Shown in pieces: positions 52,846-61,146 of a stretch of DNA of 64,000 nucleotides. How positions within the stretch are numbered: position 1 is the stretch's first letter; every line of letters begins with the position of its first letter. The DNA comes from an uncultured beta proteobacterium (lineage in GTDB: Bacteria; Pseudomonadota; Gammaproteobacteria; Burkholderiales; Burkholderiaceae_C). Under the pieces are notes generated by a model. It ran no database searches. It was not told the DNA's origin and saw only the letters and a list, made by a program, of their open reading frames with translations. Where the stretch lies: positions 4,580 through 68,579 of the forward strand of contig CAIXNB010000231.1 of assembly GCA_903920695.1 (NCBI GenBank), in the 5' to 3' direction. Made by a program: the position numbers and the translations under genes.

Positions 52846-54566
52846 GACAAGATCCTCCGGCCGCGCACGCTGCCCAGGCGCTGCACCGCCAGCGCACGCA
52901 GCTCGACCATGATGTCGGCCACGCGTATGCCTTGCGGACAGTGCTCCTGACACTGGTAGCACGTGGCGCAATCCCGTACCATGCGCGAGCCCAGGGTGAG
53001 GTCGCGCAGACCGAGGCGCAGCAGGTTCATCACCTTCTGCGGCGTCAGATCGACGCCGTAGGCGGCCTCTGTGCTGTGGGCCACCACCGGGCAGACGTTG
53101 GTGCAGGTCTGGCACTGCACACAGCGTGAGAAGCTGCTGCGGTCGGCCGAGAGCGGCGCATTCAGCGCATCCGGGTCAAAGAAACTGCGCGGCCAGGGAT
53201 CGCTCTGCAAGGACTCGGCCCAGGCCAGCGCCGGACGCGCCTGCACCCACTGCGCCGGCGCCGGCAGGCCTGCCGTGGCCAGATCGCCGCGCCCGGCCTG
53301 CCACAGGTCTTCCAGGTCCAGTCCCACCGGGCAGACATTGGTGCAGCGGCCGCAGTCGGTGCAGAGGAAAGCGCCTTCGGCGGCTCGCAATGCCTCGTCC
53401 TCTGCATCGTCGGTCAGGCGGCCAAGCCGCAGCAAGCGACCCCGCGCCAGCGCGCTGGTGGCGAGGAGCTTGTGCGAGGGCAGCAGATACCGGTTGTCCA
53501 GATGCCGTGCCAGCGGGGCCACGGCGCAGTGCGCATCGCAGAGACCGCAACGCACGCAAGTGTCCAGTGCCAGTGCGCGCCGTGCGGCACGCCCGGCGCT
53601 GGAGAAAGCGCTAGCCGGCGCCACGCCATTGACCAGCAGGTTGATCGGTGCCGTCAGCGCGTGGAAGAAGCGGGTGAACGGCAGCGTCGCAAGACCGATG
53701 AAGCAGGCGAAGACGTGAAGATAGAGCAGCCAGGTTGGCAGCGACGCCGCGTCCAGCACGCGCGCCAGCGGCGCCAGCAAGCGCGAGAGCGGATAAGACA
53801 CAAAGGCCGATGCCGCGCTGGCGTGGCAGGTTTCGCAGTCGGCCTCATGCATGGCGCGCCCCTGTCGCATCAGCTCCGGCGTAGTCGGCTCGCTCAGATC
53901 ATCAAACGCCACACCGAACCCGCTGGCCCAGAAGGCGCGCAGCGGCTTGAGTTCGGTCGCATCGGCGCTGCCGTTGAACTCTTTGGCCATACGGTAGAAA
54001 GCCTGCGGCGAGACGATCTTGTTCGCTTCCAGCAGGAAGCCTGTCGCCAGAACAAAGCCCAGCAGCACAACGAAGGCCGAGTCCCTGGGCCGGCGTTTCG
54101 GCGCATGGCGCGAGCGCCGGCGCCGCAAGCCAAACAAAAAGAGCGCCAACCCGACCAGCGTCATAGCCCCAAACAGATTGCGCAGAAAGAGGTAGGGGTT
54201 TCGGGTCGCCTCGTAGCCCGGGAACAGCTTGACGGTCACGATGGCCGCGAGCGCGTGCATCAACAGCAAGGCCGTGAATCCGAGAAACATCAGCAGGTGG
54301 GCCAGCCAACGCGACTTGTCGCTGCGGTACAGGCGGCGCTGCAGCAACACGTCGAGAAACAAAGCACCGAGGACATGAAGCACACGTGGACTCAGCAGTG
54401 CCGCAGCAAGGCCGCGCAACAGTGCGTGCAAACGGTGCACCAGCGTCACCGCCTGCACGTCGGGCCCGATGCGCAAGCGGTACCAGGCCGACATGCGCCA
54501 GAGCAGGCCCAGGGCGCACAACAGCAGCGAGACATACAGAGCGACGTGAAAGAGTGCGCGCGACAT
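52842..54566 (-). CDS. membrane-bound NarI/DsrM-like cytochrome b domain fused to a 4x[CxxCxxCxxxC] ferredoxin domain
   Basis: ATG at 54566 (MSRALFHVALYVSLLLCALGLL...). About 6 TM helices carry conserved His residues (WLAHLLMFLGFTALLLMHALA; LLYLHVFACF...FFHALT). Four Fe-S cluster motifs follow (CVRCGLCDAHC, CTDCGRCTNVCP, CVQCQTCTNVCP, CATCYQCQEHCP). The gene begins 4 nt after the glpB stop. The track start at 54998 overlaps glpB. Confidence 0.75.
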   Translation of the reverse strand: MSRALFHVALYVSLLLCALGLLWRMSAWYRLRIGPDVQAVTLVHRLHALLRGLAAALLSPRVLHVLGALFLDVLLQRRLYRSDKSRWLAHLLMFLGFTALLLMHALAAIVTVKLFPGYEATRNPYLFLRNLFGAMTLVGLALFLFGLRRRRSRHAPKRRPRDSAFVVLLGFVLATGFLLEANKIVSPQAFYRMAKEFNGSADATELKPLRAFWASGFGVAFDDLSEPTTPELMRQGRAMHEADCETCHASAASAFVSYPLSRLLAPLARVLDAASLPTWLLYLHVFACFIGLATLPFTRFFHALTAPINLLVNGVAPASAFSSAGRAARRALALDTCVRCGLCDAHCAVAPLARHLDNRYLLPSHKLLATSALARGRLLRLGRLTDDAEDEALRAAEGAFLCTDCGRCTNVCPVGLDLEDLWQAGRGDLATAGLPAPAQWVQARPALAWAESLQSDPWPRSFFDPDALNAPLSADRSSFSRCVQCQTCTNVCPVVAHSTEAAYGVDLTPQKVMNLLRLGLRDLTLGSRMVRDCATCYQCQEHCPQGIRVADIMVELRALAVQRLGSVRGRRILS

Positions 54567-54570
54567 GATG

Positions 54571-55884
54571 CTAGAGCGCCTGCGTCTCGCGCAGTTGCTG
54601 AGAAACCTGTTCGATTGCCGCCCAGGCCGTCGCAATGGCCAGCCCCGAGCCACACTTGGCGCGCATCCAGTCCTGATCGGCCAGAATGGAGCCAATGGCA
54701 AACAGCTTGGTCCAGGCTGACTTACCATGCACATTGAGCGGCCGCCAGGCCTCGTCCGCCACCAGGCCGGCGCGGTTGATGGAGTGACCCACCGGGTCCA
54801 GAAAATCGCTCTGGTGCCAGCCCTCGCGCGTGGCCGGTTGCTGCACCGGCAGGCCGAGAATGCTCTCGCGCACCGATTGCCGATCGGCCGTGAGTCCGCG
54901 CCCGCTGAAGCGCCCTGTTGCCAGCACCACCGCGCCAGCCTGGATGCGCTCACCACCAGGAACACCTTCGAGCGCCAGCGTCGCCGTGCTGCCATCAAAG
55001 CTCAGGCAACGCACGCTGGAGAGCTGGCGTCGCATCACGCCGCGCGCCGACATGACGGCTTCAAGCGCGCCCAGCAGGCGCAGCCCGGGCACCGACGTCG
55101 GCATGGTTGGGATCTCGAACACTGGAACCCCCAGGCCGGCCTCGAATGCCGAGTGCACCGCGCTCGATTGCCCGAGGCCCAACAGCGCCGGGAGCCCGAC
55201 CGCGCGCGCATCGCCGAGCAGGGGTTTGATCAGCGCAATCGTCCGCTCGCGCGTTTCCCGATTTTCCAGGGCACGCGCAAGATGGGCTGCGTACAGCTCG
55301 GGCATGGCTTCAAAACCGGGAAAATCGACGCGCTGATGGCGCAAGGCCGGCCAAGTATCGGAGAGGGTCTGTGCAATTTGTCGCGCACTGAACTCACGCA
55401 GACCGCGAAAATCAACCAGCAGGCACGGCAGGCGCTGCGCCAGTGCATCAACGCCCGCAACCATGGTCAGCGGCACGGCGTAGCTGGTCTTGACGGTACC
55501 GATCGATGTGATCACGTTGCTGTTGCGCTCGCCCAGCGGCGCGTAAGCGAGACCCGCAGAAGTCAAGGCCGCCACAAAGGACACGAACGCCGTGCGGACC
55601 GAGGCGGGATCGACCCGCGCCAACGGATGCCCGGGCTGCTCGCGAGCGAGTGCCGCTAGGGCGTCGTAAGGTGACAGCCACAACCGATGTTCCGCAACCG
55701 GCTGCACCGCCAGCAGGTCCAGCAAGCCGCTGGCAAACAGAATGCCGCCGCCGCTGCCGACCTGTATGCACGAAAGCCCCCGCTCGGCAGCAAACAACGC
55801 TGCCGCCATGCCCGCCATGCCAGCGCCGATGACGGCGACGTCGTAGCACTTGGCGGCCGTGTCGCTCACGGCCTCACCTCGCAC
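54571..55884 (-). CDS. glpB: anaerobic glycerol-3-phosphate dehydrogenase subunit B
   Basis: FAD-binding motif YDVAVIGAGMAGMAAAL. The size and the position immediately after glpA fit GlpB. A GTG start overlaps the glpA 3' end. Confidence 0.8.
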   Translation of the reverse strand: MRGEAVSDTAAKCYDVAVIGAGMAGMAAALFAAERGLSCIQVGSGGGILFASGLLDLLAVQPVAEHRLWLSPYDALAALAREQPGHPLARVDPASVRTAFVSFVAALTSAGLAYAPLGERNSNVITSIGTVKTSYAVPLTMVAGVDALAQRLPCLLVDFRGLREFSARQIAQTLSDTWPALRHQRVDFPGFEAMPELYAAHLARALENRETRERTIALIKPLLGDARAVGLPALLGLGQSSAVHSAFEAGLGVPVFEIPTMPTSVPGLRLLGALEAVMSARGVMRRQLSSVRCLSFDGSTATLALEGVPGGERIQAGAVVLATGRFSGRGLTADRQSVRESILGLPVQQPATREGWHQSDFLDPVGHSINRAGLVADEAWRPLNVHGKSAWTKLFAIGSILADQDWMRAKCGSGLAIATAWAAIEQVSQQLRETQAL

Positions 55885-57473
55885 GCCGGATCAGTGAGCA
55901 GCGTCGCCTGGCGCAGCTCTTCGCCAAACAGGCCGCAATGCAGCGCTTCGGCCAACTCGGCCTGGGCTAGCTGCTCGCCCCACAAAATCGGGCGCTGGCC
56001 GCGCCAGCGCTCGCTGAAGAAATCGACAATCTCGGCGAGGCCCCGCTGAGCTTCGAAATCGCCAGTTTGATACAGGTGCGCCACCGTGCGCAGGCCGCAG
56101 AATGCGCCCTGACAAGCGCCCTTGCCAACGCGACTGCGCAGGCCGATGTCGGTCAATGTCGGGGTATCACCGGCCGCACGCAGCGCCGCGTAGATCGCAT
56201 CGACGGCACTGCCCTGCACCATTTCGCATTCGCACAGCAGCGTGTCATCGGGCTTATGCGAGCGCAGCCACTCGCGCGCCGAATGGCCGGGCGCGGTCCA
56301 CGCACTTTCAGCTGCCTGCGGCAAAAGCGTTGTGGCGGTGAGGCAGGGCCTTGTGACGCCCAGGCGCTTGCAGACCAGGTCAGCGGCGCGCTCAGCCATC
56401 AGCCGGCAGGTGGTGAGCTTGCCACCAGTGAGGGTGGCGAAGTTGTCCAGGCCGTGTTCTTCGTGGTCGATCAAGGCGAAGCCGCGCGAGACCGTACGGC
56501 TGTCCGCACCCGCTGAGCCGAGCAACGGACGCACGCCGGCGTAGGCGCGGATGAAGCGCACGCTCGCCAGTGCCGGCAGCATCGGCGCAGATTCCAAAAT
56601 GATCAGATCGGCCTCGGCTGTCGTCGGGCGAATGTCTTCCAGCGTGTCAACCCGCATTGACGTCGTGCCGACGATGGAGACCGTGCCGCCCGGCATCATG
56701 ATGTCGCCGTTGCCGGGCCGGCGCAGGCGGTTGATGACGCGACTCGCCAGCCGTGTGTGCGTGACCAGCAGCGTGCCTTTGGAATATGTCATCGCAATCG
56801 ACGCGCCGGCCAGCAGTGCCACCTCGCGTGCCCAGGCGCCCGCTGCATTGACCACTTGCTCAGCTTCGATCCGCATCTCAGCCCCGCCGACCAGAGACTG
56901 CACACGCACGGCGCGAATGCAGCGCCCCTCGCACTCGAACCCGACTACGCGCGTACGCCGCAGCAGCCGCGAGCCCAGGCTGCACGCTTGCGCCATGCTT
57001 TCGAGCGAGAGGCGAAACGGGTCAATGGCCGCATCGGGCACCTCGAACACCGCGATGGTGCGATCCGACAGCGCCGGCTCCTGCGCGCGTGCGGCGGCCA
57101 CATCGACCGCGCGCGCCGTGATACCGGAGCGCGCGCAGTGCGACACAAAATCGGCAATGTAGCGTTCATCGTCGCCTTGCACGGCGACGAAATAGCCGCC
57201 CGTTTCCTGGATCGTCTGCGCCGCTACGCGCTTGAGAATATCGCCCTCGGAGCGGCACTCCATCGCAGCATCGGCATCACCCGCGACGTAACGCGCGCCG
57301 CTGTGCAACAGCCCATGGTTGCGCCCGGATGCGCCGGCGTTGATGTCGCCCTTCTCTACCAGAATGCAGTCAACGCCGCGCAAGGCCAGGTCGCGCGCCA
57401 GCGCCGTACCGGTGACGCCGCCGCCGATGATCAAAACCTGGGTCTGGATGACAGATGGGAAATTCAACTCCAT
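55866..57473 (-). CDS. glpA: anaerobic glycerol-3-phosphate dehydrogenase subunit A
   Basis: VLIIGGGVTGTALARDLALRG, ASGRNHGLLHSGARY and the C-terminal BFD-like [2Fe-2S] Cys motif (LLCECEMV ... GKGACQGAFCG). Confidence 0.9.
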   Translation of the reverse strand: MELNFPSVIQTQVLIIGGGVTGTALARDLALRGVDCILVEKGDINAGASGRNHGLLHSGARYVAGDADAAMECRSEGDILKRVAAQTIQETGGYFVAVQGDDERYIADFVSHCARSGITARAVDVAAARAQEPALSDRTIAVFEVPDAAIDPFRLSLESMAQACSLGSRLLRRTRVVGFECEGRCIRAVRVQSLVGGAEMRIEAEQVVNAAGAWAREVALLAGASIAMTYSKGTLLVTHTRLASRVINRLRRPGNGDIMMPGGTVSIVGTTSMRVDTLEDIRPTTAEADLIILESAPMLPALASVRFIRAYAGVRPLLGSAGADSRTVSRGFALIDHEEHGLDNFATLTGGKLTTCRLMAERAADLVCKRLGVTRPCLTATTLLPQAAESAWTAPGHSAREWLRSHKPDDTLLCECEMVQGSAVDAIYAALRAAGDTPTLTDIGLRSRVGKGACQGAFCGLRTVAHLYQTGDFEAQRGLAEIVDFFSERWRGQRPILWGEQLAQAELAEALHCGLFGEELRQATLLTDPACEVRP

Positions 57474-57573
57474 TGACGTGAGCCCGTGGGTGTCGCAGTA
57501 CTGCGACGGCGCAAGCAGTTTCTCGCTGAAACACTCGCATGGTTAGAGCATAGACTTGAATGATCTGGCGGCA

Positions 57574-57587
57574 TTGATGCACGTCAA
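57574..57587. promoter_or_regulatory. FNR/ANR-type box TTGAT-GCAC-GTCAA upstream of glpA
   Basis: 9/10 match to the TTGAT-N4-ATCAA consensus. It lies ~100-115 nt upstream of the glpA ATG in the 137-nt intergenic region. Confidence 0.4.
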
Positions 57588-57610
57588 TCGGGGATGATTG
57601 GCTGCCTTCT

Positions 57611-58198
57611 TCACTTGGCAGCTTGGTCGAGCATAAGTGTGGCACTCCAGGCCGCGTTCATGTCCTGGTCGAGTGTCTTGACTCCCTTGAACACGAACGA
57701 CCCTCCGTTGCGCCACATGGTTTGCGTAGTGGCCAATGATGCGGATGTGCTCGCATCGATGACGCGCACCTCAACGATTACCTGCGTGTCGCCACCCACG
57801 ATGACGGGTATTCCCACGTGGATATTTGGACCCAACTCACGCACAATGACGAGCAAAAGCCGATCAAGCTTGACATTTGCGCTTGACGCCAACCACATGA
57901 GTTCTTCGTTAGACGCCAGCACCTGTTCAGTGCCAAGGCGATTGACAGCCACTACCGACAGGCAGCCCGAATGATCAGGAAAGTCCTGAATTCCGCGCAG
58001 CGCTGCGGCTTCGCGCAACGGTGGCTCCTTTTGATCAGCACGCCACTTGGTGCCCCAGTAGACGAGCGTTGAAACCGATGGTTTGCCTGCTTGGCATAGC
58101 GGCTCCTTGAACTGCACGCCAGTTATTTGAATCGTGGTAAATGCGCAGCCTGCCAAGAGAACAGCAGCGATAACTGACACGAGGACGAGGGTGCACAT
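57611..58198 (-). CDS. hypothetical lipoprotein
   Basis: Lipoprotein signal peptide with a lipobox (MCTLVLVSVIAAVLLAGCAF). No recognisable domain. No obvious Shine-Dalgarno sequence. Confidence 0.55.
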   Translation of the reverse strand: MCTLVLVSVIAAVLLAGCAFTTIQITGVQFKEPLCQAGKPSVSTLVYWGTKWRADQKEPPLREAAALRGIQDFPDHSGCLSVVAVNRLGTEQVLASNEELMWLASSANVKLDRLLLVIVRELGPNIHVGIPVIVGGDTQVIVEVRVIDASTSASLATTQTMWRNGGSFVFKGVKTLDQDMNAAWSATLMLDQAAK

Positions 58199-58462
58199 GG
58201 GGTCGGGAAAATTGAAAGGCGACTTGCGCTAGCGAACAGCGTCTATCTTGCGCGCTGCGGCGATGAAAAAAACCATGATTGCCTCCCCTGCAAGATCAAC
58301 CGCCTTGTATTGAGTTGCTGGCGTTGGCCAGCTCGCCAGAGGGTCAACGCTTGCTCCTTTTATTTCAAAATTTTGCCCTCACGGGATACGGGCTGGGTGC
58401 TAAATTTCTTATGTCCAAGCAAGCCAACACCATTCAATTTTGGGACGCCGGGTTCTGGCCGC

Positions 58463-58593
58463 CGCAATCCAGGAAGTTCGGGGTCATGGATTGCGGGTCC
58501 GGGCCCGCAATGAAAAATCGTGGTTGTCATCCTGCGCATGACGCGGGATCCCGTACCATGCGGAAACTGGATTGCGGGTTAGGCCCGATGACG
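58463..58593. repeat. REP-like palindromic elements in the lipoprotein/ugpB intergenic region
   Basis: Two direct copies of GGATTGCGGGT-N-GGCCCG-(C)AATGA (58488-58513 and 58569-58593). An inverted partial copy CCGCAATCC (58463-58471) can pair with the first. Copy 1 is itself a hairpin (ATTGCGGG/CCCGCAAT). Confidence 0.5.
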
Positions 58594-58738
58594 ACCCTCG
58601 GTTCATGGCCGGTATGCAGTTTCAGCGCACAGCACAGCGTCAGCCGGCGGGCACGACCACTGCGCTCGGTCGGACGCCCTGATGAAAACCCCGATGCGCG
58701 AGCGTGCAGAATGTGCGCTTAATCAAGCTTTACGCTTA

Positions 58739-58767
58739 TTGTCATTTTTTCGACTTCTTGTCGTCAC
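58739..58767 (+). promoter_or_regulatory. possible Pho-box-like direct repeats upstream of ugpB
   Basis: TTGTCAT (58739), TCGACTT and TCGTCAC (58761) are phased at 11-nt intervals. TATGCT follows ~10 nt downstream, and the site lies ~45-70 nt upstream of the ugpB ATG. The middle repeat is a weak match. Confidence 0.3.
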
Positions 58768-58808
58768 AATCTGGCGCTATGCTTGAATTTTTCCATAAAG
58801 GAGATGAT

Positions 58809-60110
58809 ATGAACTTCAAGATTGCTGCCGTTGCCCTCGCAGCGGCTTTTTCTGTATCAGCCCAGGCCCAGACGGAAATTCAGTGGTGGCACTCGATGAC
58901 CGCTGTCAACGGCGAATGGGTCAATGACTTGGCCAAGAACTTCAACGCCAGCCAGAAAGAATACAAGGTAGTCCCCACGTACAAGGGTAGCTATGCCGAA
59001 TCCATGACGGCGGCGGTCGCGGCGTTTCGCGCCGGCAATGCACCCAACATCCTGCAGGTGTTCGAGGTCGGCACTGCCACCATGATGGCCAGCAAGGGTG
59101 CCATCGTACCTGTCGGCAAGGTGATGACGGACGCCGGCTACAAGTTTGACCCCACGGTCTATGTTTCTGCCGTGGCCGGCTATTACACGGCGCCCAACGG
59201 CCAGATGCTGAGCTTCCCGTTCAACAGTTCGACCACAATTTTCTACTTCAACAAGGATGCCTTCAAAGCCGCTGGCATCGACACCGCCAAGCCACCGACG
59301 ACTTGGCCCGAGGTAGCGCTGGCAGCCGCCAAACTCAAGGCCAGCGGCCACAAATGCCCGCTGACGATCGCCTGGCAGAGCTGGACCCAGTTGGAGAGCT
59401 TCTCGGCCTGGCACAACGTCGAATTTGCGAGTAAGTCCAACGGCCTGGCCGGCATGGATGCGCGCCTGAAGGTGGACTCGCCGCTGCATGTGCGCCATAT
59501 TGAAAACCTCGCCAACATGGCCAAGCAGGGCCTGTTTATTTACAAGGGCCGTGAAAATGTACCTGAGGCGACTTTCATTTCCGGCGAATGCGCCATGATC
59601 ACGACCTCGGCCGGCTTCTACGGCAATGTCGCCAAGAACGCCAAGTTTGATTACGCCCTGGCCACGCTGCCCTATTATCCCGATGTTCCCGGCGCACCGC
59701 AAAACACGGTCATCGGCGGCGCCAGCCTGTGGGTGATGGCCGGCAAGAAGCCAGCCGAATACAAAGGTGTAGCAGACTTCTTCAGCTACATCTCCAGCCC
59801 TGAGGTGCAGTCAGCCAGCCACAAGCGCACCGGCTATCTACCGATCACCACGGCCGCCTACCAGTTGACTGAAAAATCCGGTTTCTACAAGGAAAAACCC
59901 GGAACCGACATCGCGGTCCAGCAGATGATCCGCAAGGTGACCGACAAGAGCCGTGGCATCCGCCTGGGCAACTATGTGCAGATTCGCCAGATCGAGGATG
60001 AAGAACTGGAACAGGTCTGGAGCGGCAAGAAGTCGGCCAAGGAAGCACTGCAAGCGATTGTGAAACGCGGCAACGAACAGTTGGAACGTTTCGAAAAAGC
60101 CAACAAGTAG
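58809..60110 (+). CDS. ugpB: sn-glycerol-3-phosphate ABC transporter substrate-binding protein
   Basis: ATG at 58809 preceded by AAAGGAGA. Signal peptide MNFKIAAVALAAAFSVSAQA. UgpB-like motifs (EIQWWHSMT, NILQVFEVGTATMM). It is the first gene of ugpBAECQ. Confidence 0.9.
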   Translation: MNFKIAAVALAAAFSVSAQAQTEIQWWHSMTAVNGEWVNDLAKNFNASQKEYKVVPTYKGSYAESMTAAVAAFRAGNAPNILQVFEVGTATMMASKGAIVPVGKVMTDAGYKFDPTVYVSAVAGYYTAPNGQMLSFPFNSSTTIFYFNKDAFKAAGIDTAKPPTTWPEVALAAAKLKASGHKCPLTIAWQSWTQLESFSAWHNVEFASKSNGLAGMDARLKVDSPLHVRHIENLANMAKQGLFIYKGRENVPEATFISGECAMITTSAGFYGNVAKNAKFDYALATLPYYPDVPGAPQNTVIGGASLWVMAGKKPAEYKGVADFFSYISSPEVQSASHKRTGYLPITTAAYQLTEKSGFYKEKPGTDIAVQQMIRKVTDKSRGIRLGNYVQIRQIEDEELEQVWSGKKSAKEALQAIVKRGNEQLERFEKANK

Positions 60111-60159
60111 ATCCTGAACGCGTCTAGAAAGGTAGTCGGCTGGCTATGCCAGCCCCGTT

Positions 60160-61041
60160 ATGGAAAAACGTGTTCAGTTTCGAGCGCCACTGCTGCCCTG
60201 GCTGCTGATCGCGCCACAGGTGCTGGTGATCAGCGTGTTTTTTTTCTGGCCGGCCGCGCAGGCGCTGCTGCAGTCATTCCAGATTGAGGATGCGTTCGGC
60301 ATTTCAACGCAGTGGGTTGGAATGGAAAATTTCAACCGACTATGGAATGATTCCAGCTATCTGGCGTCTTTCAAAACCACGGCCATGTTTTCCCTGCTCG
60401 TCGCGGTGTTGGGTATTGGCCTGTCCCTGATGCTCGCGATTTTTGCTGATCGCGTCATCAAGGGCGCCATGTTCTACAAGACCATGCTGATCGTGCCTTA
60501 TGCCGTGGCACCGGCGGTAGCCGGCGTACTCTGGATCTTCATGTTCTCCCCCTCCCTGGGCGTGGTGTCCTATGCTTTGGGAAAATTGGGCATCAACTGG
60601 AACCACCTGCTTAACGGGAGCCACGCCATGACGCTGATCGTGATGGCGGCGGTCTGGAAGCAGATTTCCTACAATTTTCTGTTTTTTCTGGCCGGCCTAC
60701 AGTCGATTCCAAAATCGCTGATTGAAGCCGCCGCCATCGATGGCGCCAAACCCTGGCGCCGTTTCTGGAGCATCCAGTTCCCGCTGTTGTCGCCGACCAC
60801 TTTCTTCCTGCTGGTCATCAACATGGTGTACGCCTTCTTTGACACCTTTGCCATTGTCGATGCCACCACCCACGGTGGCCCTGGACAAGCGACCTCAATC
60901 CTGGTCTACAAGGTTTACTACGACGGCTTCAAGGCGATGGACTTGGGCGGCTCGGCGGCGCAGTCAGTGGTGCTGATGACGATCGTGATCGCGCTGACGG
61001 TCGTGCAGTTCCGTTTTGTCGAGAAGAAAGTGAACTATTGA
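60160..61041 (+). CDS. ugpA: sn-glycerol-3-phosphate ABC transporter permease
   Basis: MalF/UgpA-type permease with six TM helices and the EAA loop [24 protein letters not shown]. Confidence 0.9.
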   Translation: MEKRVQFRAPLLPWLLIAPQVLVISVFFFWPAAQALLQSFQIEDAFGISTQWVGMENFNRLWNDSSYLASFKTTAMFSLLVAVLGIGLSLMLAIFADRVIKGAMFYKTMLIVPYAVAPAVAGVLWIFMFSPSLGVVSYALGKLGINWNHLLNGSHAMTLIVMAAVWKQISYNFLFFLAGLQSIPKSLIEAAAIDGAKPWRRFWSIQFPLLSPTTFFLLVINMVYAFFDTFAIVDATTHGGPGQATSILVYKVYYDGFKAMDLGGSAAQSVVLMTIVIALTVVQFRFVEKKVNY

Positions 61042-61146
61042 TGATGCCCCCACGCTCGTCGCTACGCGTACTTCGCTGCCCCCCCGGGGAGCCGTACCTT
61101 GCTTGGGGCGGCCCGGCGCTGCGGCATCACCGCGAGGACTCGCGCC

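Noticed and set aside
52842-54998. Long N-terminal extensions in the ORF track (718 aa for 52842-54998; 361 aa for 52030-53115).
   Set aside because: The extensions are Arg/Pro/Ala-rich and overlap the preceding genes by hundreds of nt. Internal ATGs at 54566 and 52845 give proper N-termini and tight operon spacing.
53472-55659. 421-aa and 310-aa plus-strand ORFs antisense to the membrane ferredoxin gene and glpB.
   Set aside because: They have Arg/Gln/His-rich shadow-frame composition. The opposite strand has TM/Fe-S and FAD-binding signatures.
58229-58276. 15-codon micro-ORF (MVFFIAAARKIDAVR) on the minus strand, with a GGGGAGG Shine-Dalgarno-like sequence 5 nt upstream. It lies just ahead of the lipoprotein gene.
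   Set aside because: It is too short to support from sequence alone. It may be a leader peptide, but there is no comparative or structural evidence within this window.
58279-58722. 147-aa plus-strand ORF in the lipoprotein/ugpB intergenic region.
   Set aside because: Its translation is Cys/Pro/Gly/Arg-rich and is generated by REP-like palindromes. There is no RBS and no domain features.
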